From positions 1,674,001 to 1,738,000 of the forward strand of contig NC_079239.1 of assembly GCF_027921745.1 (NCBI RefSeq): a DNA stretch of 64,000 nucleotides. Direction: 5' to 3'. This document shows positions 11,039 through 22,485 of this stretch, piece after piece. Position numbers and translations under genes: made by a program. The DNA comes from Schizosaccharomyces osmophilus. Taxonomy: Eukaryota. Every line of letters begins with the position of its first letter. Position 1 is the stretch's first letter. A model generated the notes under the pieces. The model searched no databases. It worked only from the letters and a program-made list of their open reading frames with translations, and was not told the origin of the DNA.

Positions 11039-12562
11039 TTAGTCAAAAGTAACCTTGTTGCCACTGAATTCAGTAACAGATCCACGGTTGGGATTGCTAG
11101 AGCGAGCACCTCCTCGGGCGCCTCCTCCACGGGGGGCACCGCGGCCACGACCACCGCCGAAACCACCACGACCACCGCCTCCAGTACGAGGAGTGGAGAA
11201 GTCAAGACGGCTAGGACGACCAGCAATGAAGTGCCCGTTCATTTCGACACAGCGCTTAGCAGAGTCGATATCGGAAAAGGTAACATAACCGAAACCCTTA
11301 AGACGACCAGATTGAGGGTCAGTGGGCAAACGAACGGATTGAATGTCACCGCAGGTGGCAAAAGCAGAGCCAACTTCCTCCTCGGTAACGTTAAAAGAAA
11401 GGTTTCCGACAAAGACGGTATCACTGGGGGCAGAAAGCTGATCACCGAACTTTCCAGCACGTTGCTGACCATAAGGTTCAGATTTGGGAGGACGAGGAGC
11501 GGAAACATCCAAGTTAACAGCACGTCCGTCAATTTCCTTCTGGCCAGAGACTTCGCATGCCTTCTTCACTGCTTCAGGAGAATCAAAGTCAACGTATCCG
11601 TAACCCTTGGAGCGACCACTTTGACCATCCATGATAACACGGGCACCAACAACAGTACCGTATTCTTCAAATTCTGTGCCCAACCATTGGTCGTCGACAC
11701 TCCAAGAAAGACGACCGACGAAAAGAGTGCAAGACTCGTTAGAGTCGGCGGGCTTGGAAACCTTGGCGGGTTTCTCTTCTTCAACATCTTCAGCCTTACG
11801 CTTCTTTTCGCTTGAGCCAGAGGAAGCGTCGCTAGATGAGGAGTCGGAATCAGAAGAGTCAGAGTCAGAGTCACTTTCAGATGAGCTAGAATTAGAGCTC
11901 TTCTTTTCTTCTTTGGAGTCAGAGGATTCGGATTCGCTGCTGCTTTCCTTCTTTTCCTCTTCAGCCTCGGATTCAGAATCAGATGAAGATTTAGAAGAGG
12001 ATTCACTGCTGCTCTCCTTCTTTTCTTCCTCTTCAGAAGAAGACTCGGATTCAGAATCAGAAGAGGACTCTTCACTGCTGCTTTCCTTCTTTTCTTGCTT
12101 CTTTTCCTTCTTCTCTTGTTTGGGGGCAGGCTTTTCTTCTTCAGAAGAAGACTCGGATTCAGAATCAGAAGAGGACTCTTCACTGCTGCTTTCCTTCTTC
12201 TCTTGCTTCTTTTCCTTCTTCTCTTGCTTGGGGGCAGGCTTTTCTTCTTCAGAAGAAGACTCGGATTCAGATTCAGAAGAGGACTCTTCACTGCTGCTTT
12301 CCTTCTTCTCTTGCTTCTTTTCCTTCTTGTCCTTCTTAGACTTCTTAGGAGCAGGCTTCTCTTCTTCTGATTCAGATTCAGAAGAAGACTCTTGCTTCTT
12401 AGATTTCTTAGAACCAGATTTGGGTTTCTTTTCGACAACCTTCTTTGCAGCCTTCTTGGCTACTTCCTTGGTTTTCGTTGGCTTTTGGACATCTCCCTTC
12501 TTAGGAGCAACATCCTTTTTGCTAGAACCCTTTTTCTCTTCAGATCTAATTTTTTTAACCAT
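11039..12562 (-). CDS. gar2: Nucleolin-like nucleolar protein Gar2 (Nsr1 orthologue)
   Basis: K-rich N-terminus, acidic/Ser repeats, two RRMs (SKGYGYVDF, LKGFGYVTF), an RGG tail and C-terminal FSGNKVTFD. Confidence 0.96.
   Translation of the reverse strand: MVKKIRSEEKKGSSKKDVAPKKGDVQKPTKTKEVAKKAAKKVVEKKPKSGSKKSKKQESSSESESEEEKPAPKKSKKDKKEKKQEKKESSSEESSSESESESSSEEEKPAPKQEKKEKKQEKKESSSEESSSDSESESSSEEEKPAPKQEKKEKKQEKKESSSEESSSDSESESSSEEEEKKESSSESSSKSSSDSESEAEEEKKESSSESESSDSKEEKKSSNSSSSESDSDSDSSDSDSSSSDASSGSSEKKRKAEDVEEEKPAKVSKPADSNESCTLFVGRLSWSVDDQWLGTEFEEYGTVVGARVIMDGQSGRSKGYGYVDFDSPEAVKKACEVSGQKEIDGRAVNLDVSAPRPPKSEPYGQQRAGKFGDQLSAPSDTVFVGNLSFNVTEEEVGSAFATCGDIQSVRLPTDPQSGRLKGFGYVTFSDIDSAKRCVEMNGHFIAGRPSRLDFSTPRTGGGGRGGFGGGRGRGAPRGGGARGGARSSNPNRGSVTEFSGNKVTFD
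12031..12330. repeat. 108-bp coding tandem repeat (about 3 copies) inside gar2
   Basis: CTTCAGAAGAAGACTCGGATTCAGA.TCAGAAGAGGACTCTTCACTGCTGCTTTCCTTC recurs at 12031, 12139 and 12247. The period is 108 nt (36 aa: SSSEESSSDSESESSSEEEKPAPKQEKKEKKQEKKE). Confidence 0.92.
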
Positions 12563-13149
12563 CTTAAATTATTTTATCCAAAAAAGATGTGTGCTTTGGT
12601 CAAGTATGGTTCCACCCGCTTTGAAGATTATATACTATCATAAATTACTAAGATAATATAATTATATCAATTTTTTTGTGTATCCTAGCATTGTGATAAC
12701 ACAGGATAGAGTATTGAGGCGTAGAGAACGCAATATGAAAAGAGAATTAAGAAAAGTTGTATACAATGGGTTATCGATATAAAAAACTTTTTATTTTTTG
12801 TCATATGTATTTTTCTGTAGATTTATTTAGGTGAATACGAGGCTGTAGCAACCTAAAAAGGCTTTTAAGAGGGGGATTTAACATATTTAATAAAATAGAA
12901 ACATTCAAACTAGGATTCATTAGTAAAGTGGTGACGAGATTAGCCAAACAAAGCAAGGAATTTCCTATAATCCTAATTATGCAATAAATTGCATATTTTA
13001 GTGAGATTGTAATGTGGAATACAAAGGAGAACGTGGACTGAACAGCGCCGAAGCTGACATCGGTAAACCTGAACGGTTTTTTGCTTCCAACGTTCATTGA
13101 AGGATGGGGGAAAGGTGTTGTACATTCAAAAAACGAAATCGTGTCTAAT

Positions 13150-13977
13150 TTAAGAGGTGGCCATAAGAGCCTTCAATTTGGCAATGGCTAAACCAGGATT
13201 CAAACCCTTGGGGCAAGTACGGGCACAATTCATAATGGTATGGCATCTATACACAGACATGGAATTTTGCATGGCAGCTAAACGACGAGGAGTACTTTGG
13301 TCACGAGAATCAATGATCCATCTGTAAGCTTGCATCAAGACAGCGGGACCCAAGTACTCTTCGGCATTCCACCAGTAGGAAGGACATGACGTAGAGCAGC
13401 AAGCACACAAAATACATTCATATAAACCATCAAGTTTTTCACGATCCTCACGAGATTGATACAATTCCTTTCCTTTTGGAATGTTGTTGTTTTGCAACCA
13501 AGGCTCAATAGCCTTGTATTGCTTGTAAAAGTAGGTAAGGTCGGGAACCAAATCCTTAATTACGAAACAATGGGGTAAAGGATAAATCTTCGTTGGCTTC
13601 TCATCAGTCTTAATGTGGCACAAACAAGCTAAAGTATTGCTACCGTTGATGTTCATAGCACAAGATCCGCAAATACCTTCACGGCAAGACCGGCGGAAAG
13701 TCAAAGTAGGGTCCTGTTCATTCTTGATCTGGTTTAATGCATCCAAAACCATAGGTCCACAATTCTTTAAGTTTACTTGGTATTTTTGAAGTTTAGGCTT
13801 TAAATCCGGACGCTCAGGATTCCAGCGGTAGATCTCGAATGTCTTCAGTTTTTCCTCCGGTGCTTCAGGTTTCGACGCAGTGGTCGAAACATTTGCCTCA
13901 GTAGCCATTCTTCTGGCATTGAAGAGCAAAGATTGCTTAAAAAATGGGCGTATAGCTTGAATTCGACGGCTCAACAT
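13150..13977 (-). CDS. sdh2: Succinate dehydrogenase iron-sulfur subunit
   Basis: Fe-S motifs [22 protein letters not shown] and [12 protein letters not shown]. Mitochondrial presequence from ATG 13977 ([14 protein letters not shown]). Confidence 0.97.
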   Translation of the reverse strand: MLSRRIQAIRPFFKQSLLFNARRMATEANVSTTASKPEAPEEKLKTFEIYRWNPERPDLKPKLQKYQVNLKNCGPMVLDALNQIKNEQDPTLTFRRSCREGICGSCAMNINGSNTLACLCHIKTDEKPTKIYPLPHCFVIKDLVPDLTYFYKQYKAIEPWLQNNNIPKGKELYQSREDREKLDGLYECILCACCSTSCPSYWWNAEEYLGPAVLMQAYRWIIDSRDQSTPRRLAAMQNSMSVYRCHTIMNCARTCPKGLNPGLAIAKLKALMATS

Positions 13978-14072
13978 GGTGCTAACGGCGGACCTAGCGT
14001 TTGGCAGTTGGTAAGAGGTGGAAAGGTCGGCTCTGTGGTTGGCTAATTTACCCACAAATCGTAGCGGTTTCT

Positions 14073-14077
14073 ATTGG
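14073..14077 (-). promoter_or_regulatory. CCAAT box in the sdh2 promoter (Php2/3/5-Php4 iron-sparing regulation candidate)
   Basis: ATTGG on the plus strand about 96 bp upstream of the sdh2 ATG. Further ATTGG copies near 14380 and 14417. Confidence 0.45.
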
Positions 14078-14759
14078 ACAAAAAAATTTACTCTGAAACT
14101 TACAAATAGAAACCAGAAAAAATATTAAATATATTTCATAAATTTAGTTTTTCATAGTATCCATTTTCTGCGTTTCTCTAATTTTCTTCGGCCACCCTTC
14201 GACTGCAAAATATAGTGAACTTTTGCGAGACAACATTTAAGTGCCATCTGTTTGGGTAGATGTAAACAAAAGGCAATGCACAATAGGATGGCAAGGAATA
14301 CAAGATACATGTTTGTTCTGAATTGATTTGATAATTTGCTATTTTTTGGTCTTTTTCATTGTGTTGGAAACCAGCTGAAATTGGTAACTGCGTTTTGGGT
14401 GCAAGAATTTAAATTAATTGGTTATCCTGCCTAGAAACATATTTAGAAAGCAGATTCTATCCAACAGAGTAAAAATTTGAATAAAAGTAATTCACCATGT
14501 ACGTCTTTTCTTCTTCTCTTTCTTTTATTTTTTGTTCATTCCTTGTTTGTTTATTTACTCGCTTAGATAAGATGTATATGACACTTGTAATTACCGAACT
14601 ACAAGCTCTGGTCCAAGTGTCTATGAGCTGTATCAAGTTGGATATTAAAGTCGTATCAATGTACTCCATTCTCTATCTTTATTATACAAAATATCTAACG
14701 GTGGCTTCCATCAGCGCCACTTAAGGAGGGGACTTCAACGAGGACCAGTCGTGGCTATA

Positions 14760-15812
14760 TTATATCGCTGTTTGAGCAGTCAAAGTGATTTTCTGGAAGC
14801 TTTGAAACAATAGATGTTTGTAGGTAGTAAAGCTTTCACAAGCAACTGGTTGCTGAATGGTCTTTAAAGCAGTATGGTGGAGGAATAAGTACACAATGAA
14901 GGAACGTAGGATGCTGGAAAGAAGAACGATCATTCCAATTTTCGTAAAACGACCCTTTCCTGTCAAAATCGAAAGTGCTTCCATATTACTAAAGAGAACA
15001 ACCCATTCGACAATCATGGCCGCTGCGGGAATGTCATAGTCCCAAATCACCATAAATACTGGTAGCATCTTCGTACTGGAAGACAAAATGACAGATCCAG
15101 AGGCCGACGTCCAGTGCTTCCATCCTATGAGCGAATACATGAGAGTAATAATAGAGGTTTGGTAAGTAGCTGTTTCGACCAAACAAAGAAGTAATAAATA
15201 AAGATATTGTCGCACAATTGGTAGCGCTATAAAAGAGGTTTCTGTAATCATGTTGGGAAAAACGGCTGCACGCTTCTCCAGTCGTGACCAAATTAAGAAA
15301 ACATCAAATAACACTATTAGTATGGAAAAATTAATCACCTATACGAGTAAGCTTCTTATATTTCCAATGATTGTCAACAAACACCTCTGCGGCGTGCTGT
15401 TTGCTCTTACATTACGAAAGTTCCTAGCAGACAAAGAATTAAATAGTAAATGCCGATACACCTGAGGCTTCATTAAAATCACATCAATACTTATTAATAC
15501 AAAGTCTAGCTCGATGTATTTATCAGCAAATTGCTTGCAATTTCTCTAAACCAGCGTTAGCGTCTCTGTATTCCTCCATCACCCCAGTATCTTGCAAAGC
15601 CTCCTTGAAGACGTATATTGGTAATGGTCCCTTTCGAAAGTCAAAAATACGCTTGAATAGTAACGTTTTCATGCTGGACACGCGCATGCAGGTCGCCTAG
15701 ACATGGCCATTCTCAATTCACTTACACATTGTGCTACTCGAATGTTGCTCGTCCCCCGTCCATAGTCCGTGTACAAAGAATCAACCGTAGCGTTACACTC
15801 AACACATTTCAT
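14760..15812 (-). CDS. arv1: Arv1-family ER membrane lipid/GPI homeostasis protein, 3 exons
   Basis: Exons 15812-15726 (MKCVECNATVDSLYTDYG...NIRVAQC), 15545-15411 (RNCKQFADKYIELDFVLISIDVILMKPQVYRHLLFN) and 15338-14760. These give the Arv1 homology domain with a Zn-binding motif, and the splice junctions are in phase. Confidence 0.92.
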
Positions 15813-16535
15813 CTCTAGATGGAAGATTCCATGTAGTACTAAGCCAAGTTATGTTTTCATGTGTACTTGAATTTTGTTACTCGGGTGACAATAACAATCA
15901 TTTAGCAAGGTTGTCAGTAGAATCAATGCTTTCTCGGCTTTCTTTCCGTTACATAGCTATCATCGTTTTCACATACTTACTTTTTGATACATTGGAAGCT
16001 ACTCTTGTGTGACTACAAAACAACAAAAACAGCATTGGGATCAATAGTCAGCAAAATTAAATTGGCGAATGTTCACTCACAATAAATAAAACATGCAAAT
16101 ACTAACATATAAAAGACAAAAACAAGGACTTGGACAAGCTATTGACAGATACGCTTGGGAACAGACAACAGCAGAAACAACTCTGGTTTCTAGTTTAGAT
16201 GGCCCCTTCTGCTTTCGTATGGATAAAGAAGAGTTGAGGGCCAAGCTGAAATGAAATAGACACAACATTTATCAACGTTGGAATTAGAGACAGAGGAAGA
16301 GAGATATTATATGGGAAACAAGGCCCTCGAGAAAAAAAAGTACCAAAAGCTAAAGGAAGGAGGAACAGAAGAAAACCCACATATGGAGATTAAAATTGGA
16401 AACGATCAACGTAAAACAACAAAGAATTAAGGGTTTCTGCATTCAAAAAGATCCAGTCATAGACTCAGACAATGAACAAGGCTGAAGAAAGAAAAAGTGA
16501 ATTCTACGAGAAAAGAGCAAAGGAAATTCCTTCTT

Positions 16536-17243
16536 TCAATGGACTCGTTGCTCCAAAGATGATAACAAGTATTCGGTTTTGATGATAACCGATGAGATCG
16601 AGACATCGTATTTTCCTGGAGCATCGTCCATACGGCAAATAATCAAGCCAATAACGTGCTGAGTATTTTGATCCAACCACAATGTATTCTGCTGACCCGC
16701 CTTGAGAGAATCTAACCAAGAGCGACGAATACGAATAGGCTTTTGAAAGCAAGAAAACAAATCAGCACGGGAGTCGTTGATGGAAGCGCGAGAAAGATCA
16801 ACGGCAACACGAACGTTTAGGAATGGAGGAAGCGATTCTCCGGGGTATCGCTCAAATTGCACAAGGTCTGCCTCTTCTTCAAAAGTAACTTGAAAGACAC
16901 TTGAAGGGGAAGCCTCATCCAATTGAAACATAGAGTATCCATCGTACTGCGAAGCATAATTGGTACGATGAGCAGAAAGATTACAAACGACTTGGCCGGA
17001 AGAGACGTTTTTAGCAAACACCCGGAGAGCGTATTGATCTAAAAAGGAAAGACGAGCTCGAAGGATTTTCTTGGCCACTAATGTCAATGGGTAGCTAGCA
17101 AAGCTGGATTGAATGACATCGTGAGCGGGCATATACTGCATAACCGAATCGACAACCTCCATAGGAAGCAGAGGTTCAACCGCGGGGATTAGGTTGAAAT
17201 TAGGTGCTGAGCAGTAAGAAGTATTTACGACAGACTGGGCCAT
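16536..17243 (-). CDS. pof15: F-box protein
   Basis: F-box-like LLPMEVVDSVMQYMPAHDVIQSS near the N-terminus. ATG at 17243. The symbol comes from remembered synteny with arv1 and alo1. Confidence 0.7.
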   Translation of the reverse strand: MAQSVVNTSYCSAPNFNLIPAVEPLLPMEVVDSVMQYMPAHDVIQSSFASYPLTLVAKKILRARLSFLDQYALRVFAKNVSSGQVVCNLSAHRTNYASQYDGYSMFQLDEASPSSVFQVTFEEEADLVQFERYPGESLPPFLNVRVAVDLSRASINDSRADLFSCFQKPIRIRRSWLDSLKAGQQNTLWLDQNTQHVIGLIICRMDDAPGKYDVSISSVIIKTEYLLSSLEQRVH

Positions 17244-18194
17244 GATGAAAAACTGGGTTGGGTCGAGTGAATGAATTCGTTTTAAAAATGCTGTGGAATT
17301 GAAACTTTTAGAAAACACCAAGACTTGGCAAAAATAAAATAAAATTTAATCACAATCCTTCAAATTGAATGGTTTTGACAGAGGATATTGTGAACGTAAA
17401 AAACCCTAAATTTTGAACGAATTGAAAGAAGCAAAGAGCTATGAATTGGAAGAAACCTTTTCAAAACCGTAAAGATGCAGAAAAGAGCGACTATTCATCA
17501 TCTATATATAAAAAAACAAGGATCTGGTTTGCCCCCGCTGCAAATGCCGGAAAAAAGATAATAGAGTTAAAATAAAGGTAATAGTGCTGTTACTTCTCGG
17601 TAGTTCAATGCCAACCTCTTACATCATACCCTCTGTCGGATTCTTTGTTTATACGGGGTTACCGTGTCAATTTGAGCTTCTTTTTTTCAATTCATCTTTT
17701 CTAACTCTTGTTTTTTTATGTAAAACAAAGAGGAAAAGAGAATGAAAGAAAGATAATATCCAACGACTGAATATAACTTGTTTCTAAACTTGGGGAAATT
17801 CATCCAATTGCCGAGCCAAGAATTGATCCGGATCAACTTGCTAGGTTTGCCGATATCTAATCGAGTTTCTTCCGGTCGGTAATTTAGCTCACAGTCACTA
17901 TTCCAATTGCCGATATCAGCCTCACAAAGTCACAAGTCATGGTACCTTCGGCATATGCCATTTTTCGGTAAAAATACGTCGATCAGTTTCCCCATGATGT
18001 TATCGAAACGACCATCATGATGGGTTCCTTGATAGGGCAATGAGTACAGCAATACTGCTTATACCATTTAAAGTCATATAAAAGTTGTCCTGTATGAAGT
18101 CGTAGAACGGATCCAAAGCTCATAAAATTCGATCGGAAAAATAAAGTGCTATGCTTTTTTCCCGGTTGATATCGTCTATTTTTGCCATGCTCCA

Positions 18195-19607
18195 TCACCG
18201 ATTTGTGGCAGAAGTATCATTTGCTTGAGATTGCTGTTTCTCTCGTTTCCATCTGGATAGTAGTGCCTCACTACAGGCCAGATTAGGCCCAGTGAACTGG
18301 TTCAATTCTGGTACACGACTTCTCAATGGCGTAGTCGCCTCGTCTTTACCTGTTTCTTTTGCTTCAGCTGGTTTCAGCGACGTTCGGTGAGCACGTTCTT
18401 CATTGGTCGGATTAGCCGGTGCAAAAGAGCTTAATTCTCCAGTTTTCATGGATAAACTGTGCCTAATCAAATCCTCGTTATGATTCGGAATTACCTTTAC
18501 AGCATCTGAATGAGATTGTGGGGTAACCTGTCGTACTGTGCTATCGTTGTTTGGTGTTTTGGTTGAAGGTAAAGAGACGGACGAAGCAGACCGGAGTTTG
18601 CTAAGAGATTCATGCGAAGACGTAGTGTCTTGTTGCAGACTCGCAATCCTCTTTTTCAATTCTAAAATCTTGGGATTTCTTCCGATATTTTTGTCTTTGT
18701 CTTTGTCTTTGTCGAGGAGGCTTTTAGACGAAAAGTGGGAAGCAAGAGGGGACACTTTTGTCGAGGAAGGTGTCTCTATGGGCGCCCGTTGTTTGGGGAC
18801 CGATAAAGCATTAACTTTTTCTTCCGAAGAACGATTTGGTTTCGTCGTCTCGTCCAATTTGGCTGCGCTCACAAAATGAGATTTCTCATTTAATACCTTG
18901 CCTCGTACAGCTGGTTCTTTTGAAGCCGAAGGGTGGGATTCTTTCGATGCTGAAGTATCGATCTGTTCAAACCGGCTTTTGTTTTTCAAAACACTTCCTT
19001 TTATATTTTCAAGCGTCTTTTTTTCTTCTGCTTCTTCAGAGTCTTTTTGTTCCTCCTTCCCTGATGGTTCCTCCTTCTCGTCCAAGGAAGCTTGATCCAC
19101 GTTTTTCCTCTCTTGAACAAAATCTGGTTTATTTTCCATAGAAATTATAGGCTCCATTGCGGGGCTTGATGCACTCTTGGGTTGCTGGGTCGACTTGACC
19201 ATGGTATCCTGTAGTTTGGCTTTATCTTCTTTCATAGTAACTTGGCTTTCTTGCTTCATCGAGTGATCCTTGTCATTTGAGACACTTGCAGCAGACTTTG
19301 TTTCCGACGTTTGTGAAACTTGTTTCGGAGGCCTTCGGGAGCGTGGATGTGCTCTTCCTTTTGTCATCTAATCATCCGCGTTAGTATTTTCGTTTCCGTA
19401 GATTACAAAGAAGCGGACACAAGAAAACAAGGCAAGACTGTTCTTCCCTCGTCATCAACATACATGTACAAGATCCGAAGCTTTTTGGTCGTTTTTTAAA
19501 CTATCTTGCTTTTCTAATGGTGTGCTCTGCTGTGTCATTCCTGGCGATTGTCCCCATTTTAATGACAAAAGGCCTTGTCGTATTTGATCCATCTTTGAAG
19601 AGTCCAT
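18195..19607 (-). CDS. Uncharacterised low-complexity S/K/E-rich protein (about 438 aa, 2 exons)
   Basis: Exon 1 19607-19464 (48 codons). Intron 19463-19368 has GTATGT..CTAAC..TAG and joins in phase 0 to the 390-aa ORF. Confidence 0.8.
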
Positions 19608-19742
19608 CTCAAAATATCATTCAGGTTTATTCTTCTCAAATTTATAGAGCTATAAAGCTGAAAAAGGAACGTGTATGATCGTCAGTTATTTTTTTAGATA
19701 AAATTCGTCTTTTGAGGTGCAAATTCCCCGATGTCTTTGATG

Positions 19743-19777
19743 GTAGCAGTAGTAGTAGTAGTAGTAGTAGCAGTAGC
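19743..19777. repeat. (GTA)n trinucleotide microsatellite
   Basis: gtagcagtagtagtagtagtagtagtagcagtagc in intergenic DNA. Confidence 0.9.
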
Positions 19778-20619
19778 GTCAGCATTAATGCGAGGAACTT
19801 TGACAATCGGATATACGCCAGCATTGTTCTTATTACAGTACGTTTCTGTTTTGTTTTTATTTTTTTTATCCTTTTCATATGCTTCATTATTATAAGTAGT
19901 TATTTCCATACTGCTTTGTACGCCAAACAATTTCGCATTGCAGTCTTCCACTCGATGGTACGTGCATTCATTCTCTGCTAACCATTGAACTTTCAAGTTC
20001 GAAATGATCTATGTAGTTTCCATTTTCACATGATTTTTTATTTTTTTATTTTTTTCACTTTTACTTTCTATTAGCTTTGTTTACATGCTTTGTGACCAGA
20101 CACATTGTTACCTCTTTTCGAATAGCAGAATGCCAGAGTTAATGAATAAGCAAATTCAGTCTTTAGCAACGACATTCTGCCACCACCCAGTACGAATGCT
20201 GAACTGAAGAAAACGAAAAATTTCAGTTTATAATTACTTTTCGTCGCATTAATAATTTTAATTTATATTAAGTTCCTTCAGACTTACTCGCTTTTGCATT
20301 GCTTACTGGGCGAATCTACTTTTATAATTTTAATAAAAAAGCTTAAACCAAAACGAGACTCTCCTTTTTTGGATTTTGGTTTTATCGCTTTCAGATTTCT
20401 TTTTTTCTTTTGTATTCTTTAAAAAATATCCTACGTCTACCTCTTTGAATGCATAATTTCTAAGACACACTTTTACCGGTTCGTTTTAATCAATATTTGC
20501 AGGAAATTTTAAAATCCTTCCCTTTTATCCCTTTTACTTAGACACAGTTTTTTTTTGTATTTTTTTGGAGTCAAAACTAAGTCTTTATTCAGTAATCAGT
20601 TTACAACTAAATTTTGCAA

Positions 20620-22005
20620 ATGCCTCTACCAATTGTGAATAAGCTTTCTTCTGACGGACGTGTTCGTTTTTACAATTGGGCAAGAACGTTCACGAATGTC
20701 TCTACTGGATTTTATGTTCCTAAAAACGAAGATCAGTTACGAGATATTATAGTCGAAGCCAACACAAAACGTAAACATGTACGTGTTGTCGGCGCAGGTC
20801 ATTCACCGTCTGATATCGTTTGCAGTACGGGATATCTAGTTTCTTTGGATAAAATGAACAAAATGGTTTCGTTTGATCCTGAGAGTCAGACTGTCACGGT
20901 GCAAGCCGGTACTCGCTACGATCAGCTACAAAAAGTCCTTGAAAAATTAGGCTACTCATTGCCTATTGTCGGTAGCATTTCTTCTACTTCTGTCGCCGGT
21001 ATTATGTCTACTTGCACTCATGGTTCTAGTCTTCAGCATCAAGTTCTTCCTGGCTATATCGAATCTCTTCGTTTGATGTTAGCAGACGGTTCAATTGTTA
21101 CATGTTCCCGTACCCGTCAAAAGGACGTTTTTTCAGCTGCTCAAGTCAGTCTTGGTGCCTTAGGTGTTGTCGTTGACTTAACTGTACGTGTGGTGCCTGC
21201 TTTTGATTTGGTTGCTACCGAATCCAGTATACCAATTTCAACATTATTTGAAAAGTGGAAAGCAAATGAGTTATGGCAGGCTGCAGAGTTTGTACGGGTT
21301 CATGTGTTTCCATACGCAAACCGTGCAGTGGTCTGGAATGCAAACAAAGTTATCCCTGGCAGCGTTCCTCATACTTCCAAGCCATCTAAATTCCAATTAA
21401 AATTCACCTCCTTTATGTACGAAAATTTGCTTTACATAGGTAACCTATTTCCACGCTTCATGCCTACTTTGCAGCGTCTTGCTTATCACTTTTTCTATGG
21501 ATGGAGGACTGATCATCTTTCTACTGCCGTTGGACCTGGATTTGATATTATGCAGATGTTTTGCTTCTTTTCTCAACACGTCGCTGAATATTCTGTTCCT
21601 TTGGACACAGCTTCAGACGCTTTGGAAAGAGTTATCAACTACACAATTGGACCTGCCCTTGAACAGAAAATTTACACCCATCAGCCTTTGGAGGTTCGAG
21701 TAGCTGCTCCTACTCCTGAAGATGAATGCTGGCTTTCTACTGCTTCTAAGGTTCCTACCTGCTTTATAGAATGCATTATGTACCGTCCTTATCATCGCAA
21801 TGTTAAGTACGAATCCTATTTTAATTCCTTTGAAGAAATTATGTGCGATTACAACGGCAAACCTCATTGGGCCAAGGAATTTAATTTGAATAAGAAGCAA
21901 CTTTTAGAATTGCATCCTAATCTTTCAAAGTGGCTGAATCTTAGAAATCTAATGGATCCCAACCGCGTATTTTGGAACAATTACATGCGCCGTCATTTCT
22001 CTTAA
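20620..22005 (+). CDS. alo1: D-arabinono-1,4-lactone oxidase (FAD-linked)
   Basis: FYNWARTF, RVVGAGHSPSDIVC (covalent FAD His), SLGALGVV and GKPHWAK. First ATG at 20620. Confidence 0.93.
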   Translation: MPLPIVNKLSSDGRVRFYNWARTFTNVSTGFYVPKNEDQLRDIIVEANTKRKHVRVVGAGHSPSDIVCSTGYLVSLDKMNKMVSFDPESQTVTVQAGTRYDQLQKVLEKLGYSLPIVGSISSTSVAGIMSTCTHGSSLQHQVLPGYIESLRLMLADGSIVTCSRTRQKDVFSAAQVSLGALGVVVDLTVRVVPAFDLVATESSIPISTLFEKWKANELWQAAEFVRVHVFPYANRAVVWNANKVIPGSVPHTSKPSKFQLKFTSFMYENLLYIGNLFPRFMPTLQRLAYHFFYGWRTDHLSTAVGPGFDIMQMFCFFSQHVAEYSVPLDTASDALERVINYTIGPALEQKIYTHQPLEVRVAAPTPEDECWLSTASKVPTCFIECIMYRPYHRNVKYESYFNSFEEIMCDYNGKPHWAKEFNLNKKQLLELHPNLSKWLNLRNLMDPNRVFWNNYMRRHFS

Positions 22006-22485
22006 TGCAATGATTGCGCATAAACCACCCAAGGAGTGTACCTTGAACGGTCTACTTCTTATTTAAACTACACCATTTATTTAAAATTTGATTCCTTTTT
22101 AGCGAACAACCTCGTTTGTTGGTATAGATGAATTTATTTATTTGTAGAGTAGCTTGTACCCGAGTATGTTGAAAACAAGTTAGAAAACTGATATGATATA
22201 ACTTATTTGCATTTGATTCATTCTCTAACAAGCTTCAAGTCTCTCATGTAAATTCAAAAGTTTTCGATGCAACATAATCTCACCGATCTTATAGGTCCTG
22301 GCTCTACGGTGCAGAGCTTGACTCGAATATATCGCATTATTACTTATCCTCTATAATAAAACAAGTGAAAGCTCTAGAAACGGTGGAATCATTTCATTGC
22401 TGTATATTGTTGCTTTATAAATTCATATACCTCGAATAAGATTGGGTTGCAACTCATCACCGGTGATATAAAGTAGGAGTTTCGA

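Noticed and set aside
10898..12656. Long plus-strand ORFs (305 aa, 341 aa) and an alternative-frame 290-aa ORF over gar2
   Set aside because: Shadow ORFs produced by the biased codon usage and S/E/K repeats of gar2. No independent protein features.
14276..14724. Possible small spliced plus-strand gene between sdh2 and arv1 (GTAAACA at 14262, ATG 14276, donors at 14311 and 14499)
   Set aside because: Every acceptor I tried for the first intron gave an early stop, and branch sites are poor. No coherent gene model.
19642..19996. ORFs with poly-T, poly-S or poly-L runs
   Set aside because: Explained by the (GTA)n microsatellite. Non-ATG starts or low complexity.
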